Positions 20,001-28,659 of a stretch of DNA of 64,000 bases are shown one piece after another (within the stretch, counting starts at the first letter, position 1; every line of letters begins with the position of its first letter). The translations under genes and the position numbers were made by a program. The DNA comes from Clostridiales bacterium UBA5448. Its GTDB lineage: Bacteria; Bacillota; Clostridia; Oscillospirales; SIG627. The notes beneath the pieces were generated by a model. The model made no database searches. It was given only the letters and a program-made list of their open reading frames with translations, and was not told where the DNA came from. Where the stretch lies: contig DIRA01000032.1 in NCBI GenBank assembly GCA_002427425.1, positions 69,250 through 133,249 on the forward strand, written 5' to 3'.

Positions 20001-21082
20001 CAAACGGCACACGCCGCCAGAGATGACTGTTGATATCCCATGTTGCCACATATATTGCGGAGGAGAATATTGGGATAACATTGCAGAATCAAATTTTGTT
20101 CAATATTTATTTTAATATCATCCGTGGTTTTGATGATAAAAGGAGAGCGTTTTTGCAGAAAAGAATATACTTCTTGGGATGTTTTTTCAGCCATTTCATT
20201 GAATCCATAGAAAAAGGCGTCGTAGGCATCGGCGAAAAGGCCAAAGTAGACCGCTTCGTCAATTCTGCCTTTTATTTTGCCGTATCCGGCATTTCCGCCG
20301 TTGGAAGCCACAAATTCTTTGTACAGCTTTTCATAATAGGGATCCATGGTAGGATATAAATCAGCAATACGGGAGAGAATGGCGATACCAAAGGTGGCAT
20401 ACTTTTGTTCGCCGGAATAGAGATAGGCAAATTTGAGCGTGTTCAGTACGCCATAAATATGGCTCCATGCCTGGTTGGTATACCAGCCAATGACGGTATA
20501 GCGGGTGCCGCCGATGACCACACCGGTACCGTCGTCCACACCCCAATATTCACCCTTCTCGGGATAGGAAACGTTTTTCAGGTACTGTTTGTTGGCTTTT
20601 TGGGGATTGAAGACATAGTGTTCATCCAAGCCGCTCTTATAGTAACTTTCAAAATCATTGGTGGGGAATACCATACTGCAAGCAGGGCAGGTGATTTTGA
20701 AGGGTTTATTGACAAAGTCGATGTTGTATTTATTGCCGTAGTCATATACATCCAAGCCGCAGTTGGGACAGCCGTTGGTTTCACTAACGTAATAAGAACG
20801 CCATACTTCGTTGGAAGACATGAGCAGATAATAAAAGTCAATGCCGTTGGCAATCATCTTGTCCGCGGAGGCGCAGTATGAATTTTTGGTGGCAGATGCC
20901 CAGTTGTATTTTTTCACATTGGTCCGGCATGTTGCAATTTCCTTTTCGGTATAGATCGTCCCCTTGGTTTTTATGGGTGTTTTCACTGCCGCACTGCCTA
21001 CAAGCATGCCGGCGGGTAACAGGGACATCGAACAGACACAAGAGAGTACCAGTGCTAATAACCGCACAGTAATTTTTTTCAT
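17030..21082 (-). CDS. Secreted, membrane-anchored heparinase II/III-like protein
   Basis: Same architecture: CPNCG...CPAC, EAAPHYN, GHGHKDTLNL, SHNTVIVD, TM + KKKKK. Confidence 0.82.
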   Translation of the reverse strand: MKKITVRLLALVLSCVCSMSLLPAGMLVGSAAVKTPIKTKGTIYTEKEIATCRTNVKKYNWASATKNSYCASADKMIANGIDFYYLLMSSNEVWRSYYVSETNGCPNCGLDVYDYGNKYNIDFVNKPFKITCPACSMVFPTNDFESYYKSGLDEHYVFNPQKANKQYLKNVSYPEKGEYWGVDDGTGVVIGGTRYTVIGWYTNQAWSHIYGVLNTLKFAYLYSGEQKYATFGIAILSRIADLYPTMDPYYEKLYKEFVASNGGNAGYGKIKGRIDEAVYFGLFADAYDAFFYGFNEMAEKTSQEVYSFLQKRSPFIIKTTDDIKINIEQNLILQCYPNILLRNICGNMGYQQSSLAACAVCMDDPQYTIPWLDFIFQTGNGADTGGNMNNLLISAIDRDGFGNEAAPHYNSGWLSKFIELAQYLKGYSIVDDISKQKISYDLYQNPKFKKMFLSMLHLLISDTFTPQIGDTEQTGNPKVFANTGLLLGAYINYKDPIYAQAVYYLCGGNITSLRGDIFDENPEAIAAQIQAVIDQYGELEPNSNNLTGFGFAILRNRFTSTSVVYESVNNATYALSELKYISSDQLALTPALAVFKPVAKGDSITIGFDWKNASNTYELILRSNGNSTGTFHVYLDGKLLQTDVDAKDQSNIYFSKTCPLSMGMHLLTLEAAETVGTLELAELMFNLQSTETPVAFSKSTETTAAVYYGRNSGHGHKDTLNLFLYAYNVDLAPDLGTPEYKNASDPHNHQFVDKTISHNTVIVDEFPQENSIVATSTHFDDSDYVKVVDVNATQVYPQCSVYGRTVATIQLNATDTYVVDFFRVKGGKSHIYNFHSAENNGVVTSGLNLVKQVNDAGEYVGSYAGKDITWGNVNANGESLNTSRGFQWLKNIQKDTSPASVFSFDWTIKDTYATSKNHVGDIHLKMTMLGTYDEVALTVGIPPRNKVGNPKALDYVLVKRESNSSNLESVFVSVLEPYDDNTGSAIVSIEEVGVTKNGTAVTSMEIKAVKITTTTGRVDYVVSSYDNKTLYNIDGKFDFCGFFGVYTLIGKQIITYLHDGSVIGTNTATASYSGKVVDFTKELSFDNTIKVQIDGNVHVDDLAGRYFYGDSKFFSNPSYRIESAKKNSDGTYTLNIGDVSLISAYKNPYDTKGGYQYNILEDISFTIPLSASDGNVGKITSSVKKSNVTSVILSHDIKKGAKAGDFVGYLYMVDSQFSAGNTFPTHTIVIDETYGDWSYFKVKDNKLYMAKDSDQTTYTLRLLVSSSTDEEGVYYKADLFIRQTSKEQLYYTFVPDPTKLVPFTDLAGSEIGDDHHNQGGMSPWIWISIGGGILIIGAVASLIIFKKKKK

Positions 21083-21114
21083 AAACTTGCACCCTTTCAT
21101 AGGTTGTTAAATAC

Positions 21115-21143
21115 ATTATAGGTTAAATTCTTATAAGTTTCAA
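21115..21143 (-). promoter_or_regulatory. sigma-A promoter of the first lyase gene
   Basis: TTGAAA-17 nt-TATAAT. Confidence 0.75.
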
Positions 21144-21151
21144 GATTAATT

Positions 21152-21187
21152 CAAAAACACCCCTCAAAATTAAAAGGGGTGTTTTTG
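21152..21187 (-). terminator. Intrinsic terminator after tadA
   Basis: CAAAAACACCCCT...AGGGGTGTTTTTG. Confidence 0.8.
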
Positions 21188-21204
21188 GTAAAAAGCCACA
21201 AAAA

Positions 21205-21696
21205 CTATAGTGTATCTTTCTTTAACCGGAGGGATTGGAAAAAATTCGTGATAATTTGTCCGCATTCTATTTCTAACACACCGGCGGTAATCATTGCCTT
21301 ATGATTCAAAGGAAAATCATTTAAATTGAAAACGCTTCCCATGGCGCCTGCTTTGGGATCCTTGGCTCCGAAGACCACGTGACGGATACGGGCGTTGAGT
21401 ATGGCACCCGCGCACATGGGACAGGGCTCTAAGGTTACATATAAATCACAGTTGAACAGCCGCCAGCCACCCAGTTTTTTGCATGCCTTGTCAATGGCAT
21501 CCAGTTCCGCATGACGCAACGCGTTCTTTTTGTTTTCCCGTCCGTTGTGGGCTCTGGCTATGATCTTGCCTTCATGTACAACCACGGCACCCACGGGAAC
21601 TTCCCCCTTGGCTGCTGCTTTTTTTGCTTCCGCAATGGCTTTTAACATAAAGGTTTCGTGGGCATTAACCCCCGGCGGTTGTTTGGGATGGTGCAT
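21205..21696 (-). CDS. tadA: tRNA adenosine(34) deaminase
   Basis: GEVPVGAVVV, HAE, LYVTLEPCPMCAGA, DPKAGAMGS; start codon uncertain. Confidence 0.93.
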   Translation of the reverse strand: MHHPKQPPGVNAHETFMLKAIAEAKKAAAKGEVPVGAVVVHEGKIIARAHNGRENKKNALRHAELDAIDKACKKLGGWRLFNCDLYVTLEPCPMCAGAILNARIRHVVFGAKDPKAGAMGSVFNLNDFPLNHKAMITAGVLEIECGQIITNFFQSLRLKKDTL

Positions 21697-24304
21697 TTTT
21701 GTTGTCCTTCACATCTGTCGGCCGCTTATAACTTCCGTTGTCTGCCGTGAGGGATTGGTTATGCTCTACACAAAAACTGTTAACAGGGCGGGTGGTATTG
21801 ATGGAATATCCCGGATAGCGGTTGGATGGATACAAATTGATAAAGAAGGCTTTGGTGGTGTCGGTGGGATATACATAGTTTTCCGGTACAGTCATGTAGA
21901 TATACTGCGCGTCATTCACCTTGATATTGGTTTCAAAATAGCGGTCGGTGACGTTCAGTTTCACCAAAGAAATGACTTTGCAGGTTTCTTCGGGACAATC
22001 GGGTCCTGCCACCGATTTGGATACGGTACACCATTTGACCTGGACATGCATATTACATTCGGTTTTGGGTTGTTTGGATACCATAAAATAAGATTGCGTT
22101 ACTTGAGAACCTCTCGGATCTAGTTCGCATGCCGCGGTGGCTTTCAAGCCTGATACCTTGCAAATCTTGCATTTTACCATATTGCTCATCGAAGCAAAAG
22201 TGAGCCGATCTTTTTTTGCGGTGGAATCAATGATGGGCTGATGAATGGCGTCCATGCATTTTGACCACAAAGTCAAAGCAGGACTGGTGGAGAATCTACC
22301 CAAAGATTTCGGCTTGTCGTAACCAAACCAAACGGCTGCGGTGTAATAGGGGGTATAACCGGAGAAATACAGGTCTTTGCTGTCATTGGTGGTACCGGTT
22401 TTGCCTGCCATCTGGTTGTTCATTTCTTTTTTCAGGGTGGGAGAAGCTTTTGAACCCGTGCCGCCCGAAACAACGCCTTTGAGCAGTTCATTCATGGAAA
22501 AAGCGGTTTCTTCAGACAAAATCTGTTCGGTTTCCGGCATGTTGGAAATTAGAATCTCGCCGTCTTTGGTTTCGATATACTGATAACTGATGGCTTCCCG
22601 GAAGGTACCGTTGTTGGGGAAGGTGGCGTAAGCCTGGGTCATTTCCCGGGTGGTCACACCATAGGTCAGACCGCCCAAAGAAAGGGAAGATAGTCCCAAG
22701 TCGCTCACAACTCTGCCGGTAGGGGTGACTTCGTTATAAACCAGGGTGGAGAAATGGTATTTGGTGGTCATGAACTCATATATATATTCCGGCGTCATTT
22801 CAATCAGCAGTTTCATGGGAATGGTGTTAAAGGAACTCTTGACCGCTTGTACAACGGTGTTTCGTCCCGAGAAGGTACCGGTGGTGTTTGAGTTTCTGGG
22901 ATAAGGGCTTCCGTTCTTGTACAATGCCGGCGTGTCATCCACTGAACTGCCAAAAGAAATGACCCCTTTTTCCAATGCAATGGAATAAATCGAGATAGGT
23001 TTGATGGAAGAACCGGGCTGTCTTGTCGATTGGGTGGCTCGATTCAAGCCCCGGGCGGTTTCCTTTTTGCCGATGCCGCCTACCACGCCAACCAGATATC
23101 CGGTGGAGTTATCCACAACTGAGATCGCCGACTGGGGCGCAACGCCGGCGTCGGGGATTTTTTTCTTTTCGGCGGCATAGATGGTTTCCAAAGCCGATTC
23201 ATAAACATCTTCCAAAGCATTCTGCACGTTGGGTTTTAGGCAGGTATAGATTTTCAAACCACCCGAATAGAGCATACGGTATGCCATGGTTTCGGTGTAT
23301 CCCAATTCCTTTTGCAAGTCTTTCAAAACGTCGCTGATGACGGTGTCGATATAATAGCTGTGAACGGTGGAGGTGGTCTGCTCTTGTCCTTCGGTGGCAA
23401 GAACCAGCTCGGTGTTTTTGGCTTCTTCATAATCTTCTTTGGTTATGATTCCCTGGGTGAACATTTCTTTCAAAATGACATCTCTACGCTCTTTGTTCCC
23501 CGCGGGATTCTGAATGGGATCCCAACGGGTGGGGTACTGGGGAATGGCGGCAATGGCGGCACATTCAACCAAAGACAGTTCCGATACATCTTTGTTGAAA
23601 TATTTCGCCGACGCGGTTTGAACACCGTAACAACCCTGGGAAAGATAAATGGTATTTAAATACATTTCCAGAATTTCTTCTTTGGTTTTCCGTGTTTCAA
23701 AGTCAAGGGCTCTGAGAATTTCTTGCATTTTTCTTTGGATGGTCGTATCATCCTCGTGGGTGATGTTTTTAATCAACTGCTGTGTAATGGTGGAACCGCC
23801 GTAGGAAGTGGTGCCGGCGGCAAAGCCGAGGAAGGCACCCAGGGTTCTCCGGAAATCCACGCCGCTGTGCGTAAAGAACCGCTTGTCTTCGATGGCAACG
23901 AAGGCTTGATACAAATTGGAGGGGATGCGATCATAGGAAATCCACAAACGGTTTTCCTCCCCGTAAAGTCTGTCTTCTTCCAGTTCAATCCATTCGCCTG
24001 CATCGTTTTGATAATACAATGTGGTGGTTTCGTCCAAATCAAGCTGCAAATCCTGAATTTCAAAGTATGCGTCAATATTCTCATTACAGTAAATAGCCAG
24101 GGCGGCAGCCATGATAGAACCTGCCACAATGCCAATCAGCATCACGGTCAATAACACATTCATGGAATAGGTAAATACCTTCAGCATATACATGCCCAAG
24201 GTTTTCAGTATTCTTTTGGTGATAGCCCAAGTGGACGAAAGCGTTTCTTTCTTTCTTTCGTTCTTGTTTCGAGATGTACCTTTCATAGGTTGCAATCCTT
24301 TCAT
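21665..24304 (-). CDS. Class A penicillin-binding protein (PBP1A-type transglycosylase/transpeptidase)
   Basis: EDKRFFTHSGVD, GGSTITQQLIKN, RKMQE, YLNTIY; QPGSSIK (SxxK), SFN, KTGT; Cys-rich C-terminus. Confidence 0.93.
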   Translation of the reverse strand: MKGLQPMKGTSRNKNERKKETLSSTWAITKRILKTLGMYMLKVFTYSMNVLLTVMLIGIVAGSIMAAALAIYCNENIDAYFEIQDLQLDLDETTTLYYQNDAGEWIELEEDRLYGEENRLWISYDRIPSNLYQAFVAIEDKRFFTHSGVDFRRTLGAFLGFAAGTTSYGGSTITQQLIKNITHEDDTTIQRKMQEILRALDFETRKTKEEILEMYLNTIYLSQGCYGVQTASAKYFNKDVSELSLVECAAIAAIPQYPTRWDPIQNPAGNKERRDVILKEMFTQGIITKEDYEEAKNTELVLATEGQEQTTSTVHSYYIDTVISDVLKDLQKELGYTETMAYRMLYSGGLKIYTCLKPNVQNALEDVYESALETIYAAEKKKIPDAGVAPQSAISVVDNSTGYLVGVVGGIGKKETARGLNRATQSTRQPGSSIKPISIYSIALEKGVISFGSSVDDTPALYKNGSPYPRNSNTTGTFSGRNTVVQAVKSSFNTIPMKLLIEMTPEYIYEFMTTKYHFSTLVYNEVTPTGRVVSDLGLSSLSLGGLTYGVTTREMTQAYATFPNNGTFREAISYQYIETKDGEILISNMPETEQILSEETAFSMNELLKGVVSGGTGSKASPTLKKEMNNQMAGKTGTTNDSKDLYFSGYTPYYTAAVWFGYDKPKSLGRFSTSPALTLWSKCMDAIHQPIIDSTAKKDRLTFASMSNMVKCKICKVSGLKATAACELDPRGSQVTQSYFMVSKQPKTECNMHVQVKWCTVSKSVAGPDCPEETCKVISLVKLNVTDRYFETNIKVNDAQYIYMTVPENYVYPTDTTKAFFINLYPSNRYPGYSINTTRPVNSFCVEHNQSLTADNGSYKRPTDVKDNKNAPSQTTAGG

Positions 24305-27300
24305 ACCGATTTTACAATCACATTGGTTTCTCCCAGTAAATCGGTCAGATGGCTGATAAGGCGGGGAGTCGGTTCGACGGCATATCCTTCTGCCATGACA
24401 TATTCCTTACTGTCATCAAAAAATAAAACTACGGGGCAGTTTCCATCAAAAATCGCCAATAAAGCAAGAAGCCGCTGAACTATTTTATCATTCTTAGAAG
24501 ATAAACGCAAGTAGATTTTTTGTTTTTTCTCATGAACGGAAGATTTCACCTGTACGTTCATCCCCATTGCGGGCAATGGGGCGGAAGCATGATTGGGTAC
24601 ATGTACGGTTTTTACCAATAAAGCGATCTTGTCATCCTTATGGGAAACATCCCCCGTAACCGCCACAACGCTGCCGGGCGCAAGCATAGGGGCATATTTT
24701 TCCCATACTTTAGGAAAAAGGACGCCCTCGCATTCTCCCGACAAATCCTCCATGGTCAAGAAGCACATGGTATCTCCGGATCTGGTTTTGATGATCTTGC
24801 TGCCTGAAACCATGATGAGTACTTTGACGGTTTGTCCTTCCGGCATCATGGCACCCTGTTCTTCCTCCCCCAAGGCAGACAGGGGAATGATACCCAGTTT
24901 GGCGGCTGTTTCGGCATAGGCGTACAGAGGATGCCCCGTGGTATACACGCCCAGAACTTCTTTTTCCATACGGAGCCTGTCTTCCTCTTTCAGGAGAGGC
25001 AGGGTGGGGTATTGTATGGTGAGCATGTCATCACCTGCGGAGGAGAATAAATCAATTTGCCCTGTTACCATCCGGTGATGAAGGCGGGAAAGGGTTTCCA
25101 GGGCACTGTCACACACCGCCAACAAGGAATTGCGGGGAATGTCAAAACAGTCAAAGGCTCCGGCACATATGAGGCTTTCCACCATTTTTTTATTGATGTC
25201 ACGGGTATGCATCCGTTCCAAAAAATCCGCAAATGAGGAGAATGGACGATTGTTTCTTTCTGCCAGAATGGAACGGAGAAATTGTTCCCCCACGTTTTTT
25301 ACAGCCAGCAATCCAAAACGAATTTGATGGTTGTTCACCGTGAAGCGAATGGTGCTTTCATTGATATGGGGAGGGAGGACTTTCACCCCGTTTTTCTGAC
25401 AGTCGGCAATGTAGTATGCCAGTTTTCCGCCATCCAATTGGGAGGTGAGCAAAGCCGCCATATATTCGGCAGTATAATGACACTTCAAATAGGCGGTTTG
25501 ATACGCCAAAATGCCATAAGCCGCCGCGTGGGATTTATTGAAAGCGTAATTGGCAAACTCCGCCATATCGTCAAAAACCGTTTCCGCCGCTTTCTCATCG
25601 TAGCCTCTTTCTTTGGCACCGGCGATAAAAATGCCCCGTTCCTTTTCCATTTCCACCATTTTCTTTTTGCTCATGGCACGGCGGACCACATCGGCACGTC
25701 CATAGGTATACCCTGCTAACTTGCAAAAAATTTCCATGACCTGTTCCTGATAGACGATACACCCGTTGGTCACCGAAAGGATGGGTTCTAAATCTGGGAT
25801 GACATAACGGATGTGACAAGGGTCTTTTCGGTTTTTTAAATAACGGGGAATTGACTCCATGGGACCCGGCCGGTATAGGGCTATGGCAGCGGTGATGTCT
25901 TCCACCGAATGGGGGTTCATCTGGACAATCAGATTGGTCATGCCGCCCGATTCCAACTGAAACAAACCGGCCGTGTTTCCCGCTGCAAGGGAAGCAAAGG
26001 TTTTTTCATCCCGATCGGGAATCTGTTCCAGGCAAAAGTCTGTTTGGGCTTTACGAATTTCCTCCACGGTGTCCCGCAAAATGGTTAAATAGCGCAGACC
26101 GAGAAAATCAATTTTCAATAACCCTAAATCAGCGATGGTATTCATGGTGAATTGGGTGACGGTGGCATCCCGGGTGGTACATAGGGGAACATAATCGTTC
26201 ACCGGTTTGTCGGTGATGACCACCCCGGCGGCATGGGTGGAAGCATGACGGGGCATCCCTTCCAATTTTTTTGCCACCGTTATCATATCCCGTAAAATCA
26301 CATCAGACTCGATTTCATCCGCCAAAGCTTTGTCTTCTTTCAAGGCGGCATCCAACGTGATATTCAGTACTCTGGGAATCCGTTTGGCAATCCGCTCTAC
26401 GGTGGCATAGGGAACATCCATGGCCCGTCCCACATCCCGAATGACTGCCCGCGCCGCCATGGTGTTGAAGGTGACAATCTGTGCCACATGATCTTCCCCG
26501 TACTTATCTGTTACATACTGAATGACTTCTCCTCTGCGTTCATAACAAAAGTCGATATCAAAGTCGGGCATGGTCACCCGTTCGGGGTTTAAGAACCGTT
26601 CGAAAATCAGTCCGTATGGAAGCGGATCCACGTTGGTGATGCCCAAACAATACGCCGCCAGACTGCCGGCACCGGAACCTCTGCCGGGACCTACATAAAT
26701 GCCTTTGTTTTTGGCAAAGCGGACAAAATCCCACACAATCAGAAAATAGGAAGAATAGCCCATGGAGGCAATGGTTTTCAGTTCATGCCGCAGACGTTCT
26801 TCGTAAGCCCTTCTGTCTTTGGGATTTTTTTGGTCCAAGCCATCAAAACATAGTTTTTTCAGATAAGATTCAGCGGTTTCCCCGTTGGGAATATCGAAAA
26901 CGGGCAGTCGCGTGGAAGTGAAATCAAAATCCACCCGGCATTGCTCTGCTATTTTCCGTGTATTCAAAATCGCCTCTTCATCGTGAGGGAAAAGAGTGCG
27001 CATTTCTTCTTCACTTTTGAAATAAAACGCGTCGGTTTCAAACCCCAAGGGTCTGCCGTCTGTCAAACGGGTATTGGTTTGGATGCATAAAAGGGTTGCC
27101 TGAGAGCGGGCATCCTCTTGATTCAAATAATGAATGTCGTTGGTGACTACCAGAGGGGTAGATGTTTCCCGGGACAATTGCCGCAGGGCGCTGCACACCA
27201 GTTTCTGATCATCATACCCGTGGTCCTGCATTTCCAGATAAAAATCATCTCCGAATATGGAGCGATATTGGTATATGTATTCTCTGGCTTTGTCCAGATT

Positions 27301-27747
27301 GTGATCTAAAATTGCCCGAGGAATGCTCCCTGCCAGGCAAGCGGACAAAGCAATCAGCCCTTCGTGATAGGTTTCCAGCAGAGAAAAATCCGCCCTGGGT
27401 TTGGAATAAAAACCTTCGGTAAAAGCCAGGGAAACCAATTTCATGAGATTTTGGTATCCCTGTTGGTTTTTTGCCAGCAACACCAAATGGTCGTATTCCC
27501 GATCCAGGGGCGTTTTATCAAAGCGGCTGCGGGGCACCAGATAAATTTCACAACCGATGATGGGCAAAATCCCATGTTTTTTGGCTTCTCTATAAAAATC
27601 CACCGCGCCGTACAGTACCCCGTGGTCGGTGATGGCTACGGCAGTCTGCCCCAAAGCTTTGGCTTTGAGAAAAATCTCGTCAATGCGGCAGGCACCGTCT
27701 AAGAGCGAGTATTCCGTATGTAGGTGCAGATGAACAAAATTCGACAT
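24301..27747 (-). CDS. dnaE: DNA polymerase III alpha subunit
   Basis: FVHLHLHTEYSLLDG, GPGRGSGAGS, FERFLNPER, PDFDIDF, YAFNKSHAAAY. Confidence 0.97.
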   Translation of the reverse strand: MSNFVHLHLHTEYSLLDGACRIDEIFLKAKALGQTAVAITDHGVLYGAVDFYREAKKHGILPIIGCEIYLVPRSRFDKTPLDREYDHLVLLAKNQQGYQNLMKLVSLAFTEGFYSKPRADFSLLETYHEGLIALSACLAGSIPRAILDHNLDKAREYIYQYRSIFGDDFYLEMQDHGYDDQKLVCSALRQLSRETSTPLVVTNDIHYLNQEDARSQATLLCIQTNTRLTDGRPLGFETDAFYFKSEEEMRTLFPHDEEAILNTRKIAEQCRVDFDFTSTRLPVFDIPNGETAESYLKKLCFDGLDQKNPKDRRAYEERLRHELKTIASMGYSSYFLIVWDFVRFAKNKGIYVGPGRGSGAGSLAAYCLGITNVDPLPYGLIFERFLNPERVTMPDFDIDFCYERRGEVIQYVTDKYGEDHVAQIVTFNTMAARAVIRDVGRAMDVPYATVERIAKRIPRVLNITLDAALKEDKALADEIESDVILRDMITVAKKLEGMPRHASTHAAGVVITDKPVNDYVPLCTTRDATVTQFTMNTIADLGLLKIDFLGLRYLTILRDTVEEIRKAQTDFCLEQIPDRDEKTFASLAAGNTAGLFQLESGGMTNLIVQMNPHSVEDITAAIALYRPGPMESIPRYLKNRKDPCHIRYVIPDLEPILSVTNGCIVYQEQVMEIFCKLAGYTYGRADVVRRAMSKKKMVEMEKERGIFIAGAKERGYDEKAAETVFDDMAEFANYAFNKSHAAAYGILAYQTAYLKCHYTAEYMAALLTSQLDGGKLAYYIADCQKNGVKVLPPHINESTIRFTVNNHQIRFGLLAVKNVGEQFLRSILAERNNRPFSSFADFLERMHTRDINKKMVESLICAGAFDCFDIPRNSLLAVCDSALETLSRLHHRMVTGQIDLFSSAGDDMLTIQYPTLPLLKEEDRLRMEKEVLGVYTTGHPLYAYAETAAKLGIIPLSALGEEEQGAMMPEGQTVKVLIMVSGSKIIKTRSGDTMCFLTMEDLSGECEGVLFPKVWEKYAPMLAPGSVVAVTGDVSHKDDKIALLVKTVHVPNHASAPLPAMGMNVQVKSSVHEKKQKIYLRLSSKNDKIVQRLLALLAIFDGNCPVVLFFDDSKEYVMAEGYAVEPTPRLISHLTDLLGETNVIVKSV

Positions 27748-27759
27748 ACCGCATCCTCC

Positions 27760-28659
27760 TTATGCAAAAAACTTCCTGACTTTGACGGCCTTTCCGTTTT
27801 CATATGGCAGCGTTTCCCCCACAGCGAAAAAAACACCGTGTTCGTCAAACATTCTCACTTGTTGTCCAAGGGGAAAGTCAGGTAAACGGGCTTTGGAAAT
27901 ATAAATTTCCGCTCCGTTTTTTGCCAATCTGGCATAAAAGGGTTCCAATTGAATATCGGGTGCATCGGCAAACAGCTCTTCGGGTGGCTGGAGGGCGGAA
28001 GAAAGGTTGTTTTCTGCTTTCAGTTTCTCCAAATCTTCCAAGGTGTAACTGTCTTCAATCCGGCATTTGCCCGCTGCTGTTCTCAACAGGCAAGACATGA
28101 CGCCCCCGCAACCTAGTTTTTTACCGATGTCGGCACAAAGGGTGCGTATGAAAGTACCTTTGGAGCAAGATACGGTCAAGATATAATCGGCGGGGGTATC
28201 CCCCGGCTGAACAGACAAAGAATAGATCTCCACCGGACGGGATTCCCGCTCAATTTGCTTTCCTTCCCGGGCATATTCATACAATTTTTTTCCCTTCACT
28301 TTGATGGCGGAATACAAGGGAGGGATTTGGTGATACGTCCCCAAAAAAGAGTTTGCCACCTCCAGAACCTGTTCAAAAGAAGGGATATCATGTGAGGTGG
28401 TGAGAATGGTGCCCGTGGTATCTTCGGTATCGGCGGTCAATCCCAGTTTCAGTCCTGCCACGTAGGTTTTGTTCTCCGCCACCAACCATTCGCTGGCTTT
28501 CACCGCGCTGCCGATGAGAATCGGCAAAACTCCCCGGGCCATGGGATCCAAAGTACCGGTATGACCTACTTGTCTGGTTTGAAAAATGCGGCGAAGCATA
28601 TTCACCGCATGATGGGAGGTAATTCCTCCCGGTTTATTAAAATTAAGCAATCCCGTCAC
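27760..28659 (-). CDS. truB: tRNA pseudouridine(55) synthase
   Basis: KPGGITSH, VGHTGTLDPMARGVL, PPLYSAIK, CSKGTFIRTL. Confidence 0.96.
   Translation of the reverse strand: MTGLLNFNKPGGITSHHAVNMLRRIFQTRQVGHTGTLDPMARGVLPILIGSAVKASEWLVAENKTYVAGLKLGLTADTEDTTGTILTTSHDIPSFEQVLEVANSFLGTYHQIPPLYSAIKVKGKKLYEYAREGKQIERESRPVEIYSLSVQPGDTPADYILTVSCSKGTFIRTLCADIGKKLGCGGVMSCLLRTAAGKCRIEDSYTLEDLEKLKAENNLSSALQPPEELFADAPDIQLEPFYARLAKNGAEIYISKARLPDFPLGQQVRMFDEHGVFFAVGETLPYENGKAVKVRKFFA

Noticed and set aside
7518-20881. Long plus-strand ORFs opposite the lyase genes (e.g. 7518-8309, 17318-18184)
   Set aside because: Antisense shadows of real genes, with no RBS or domain motifs recognised
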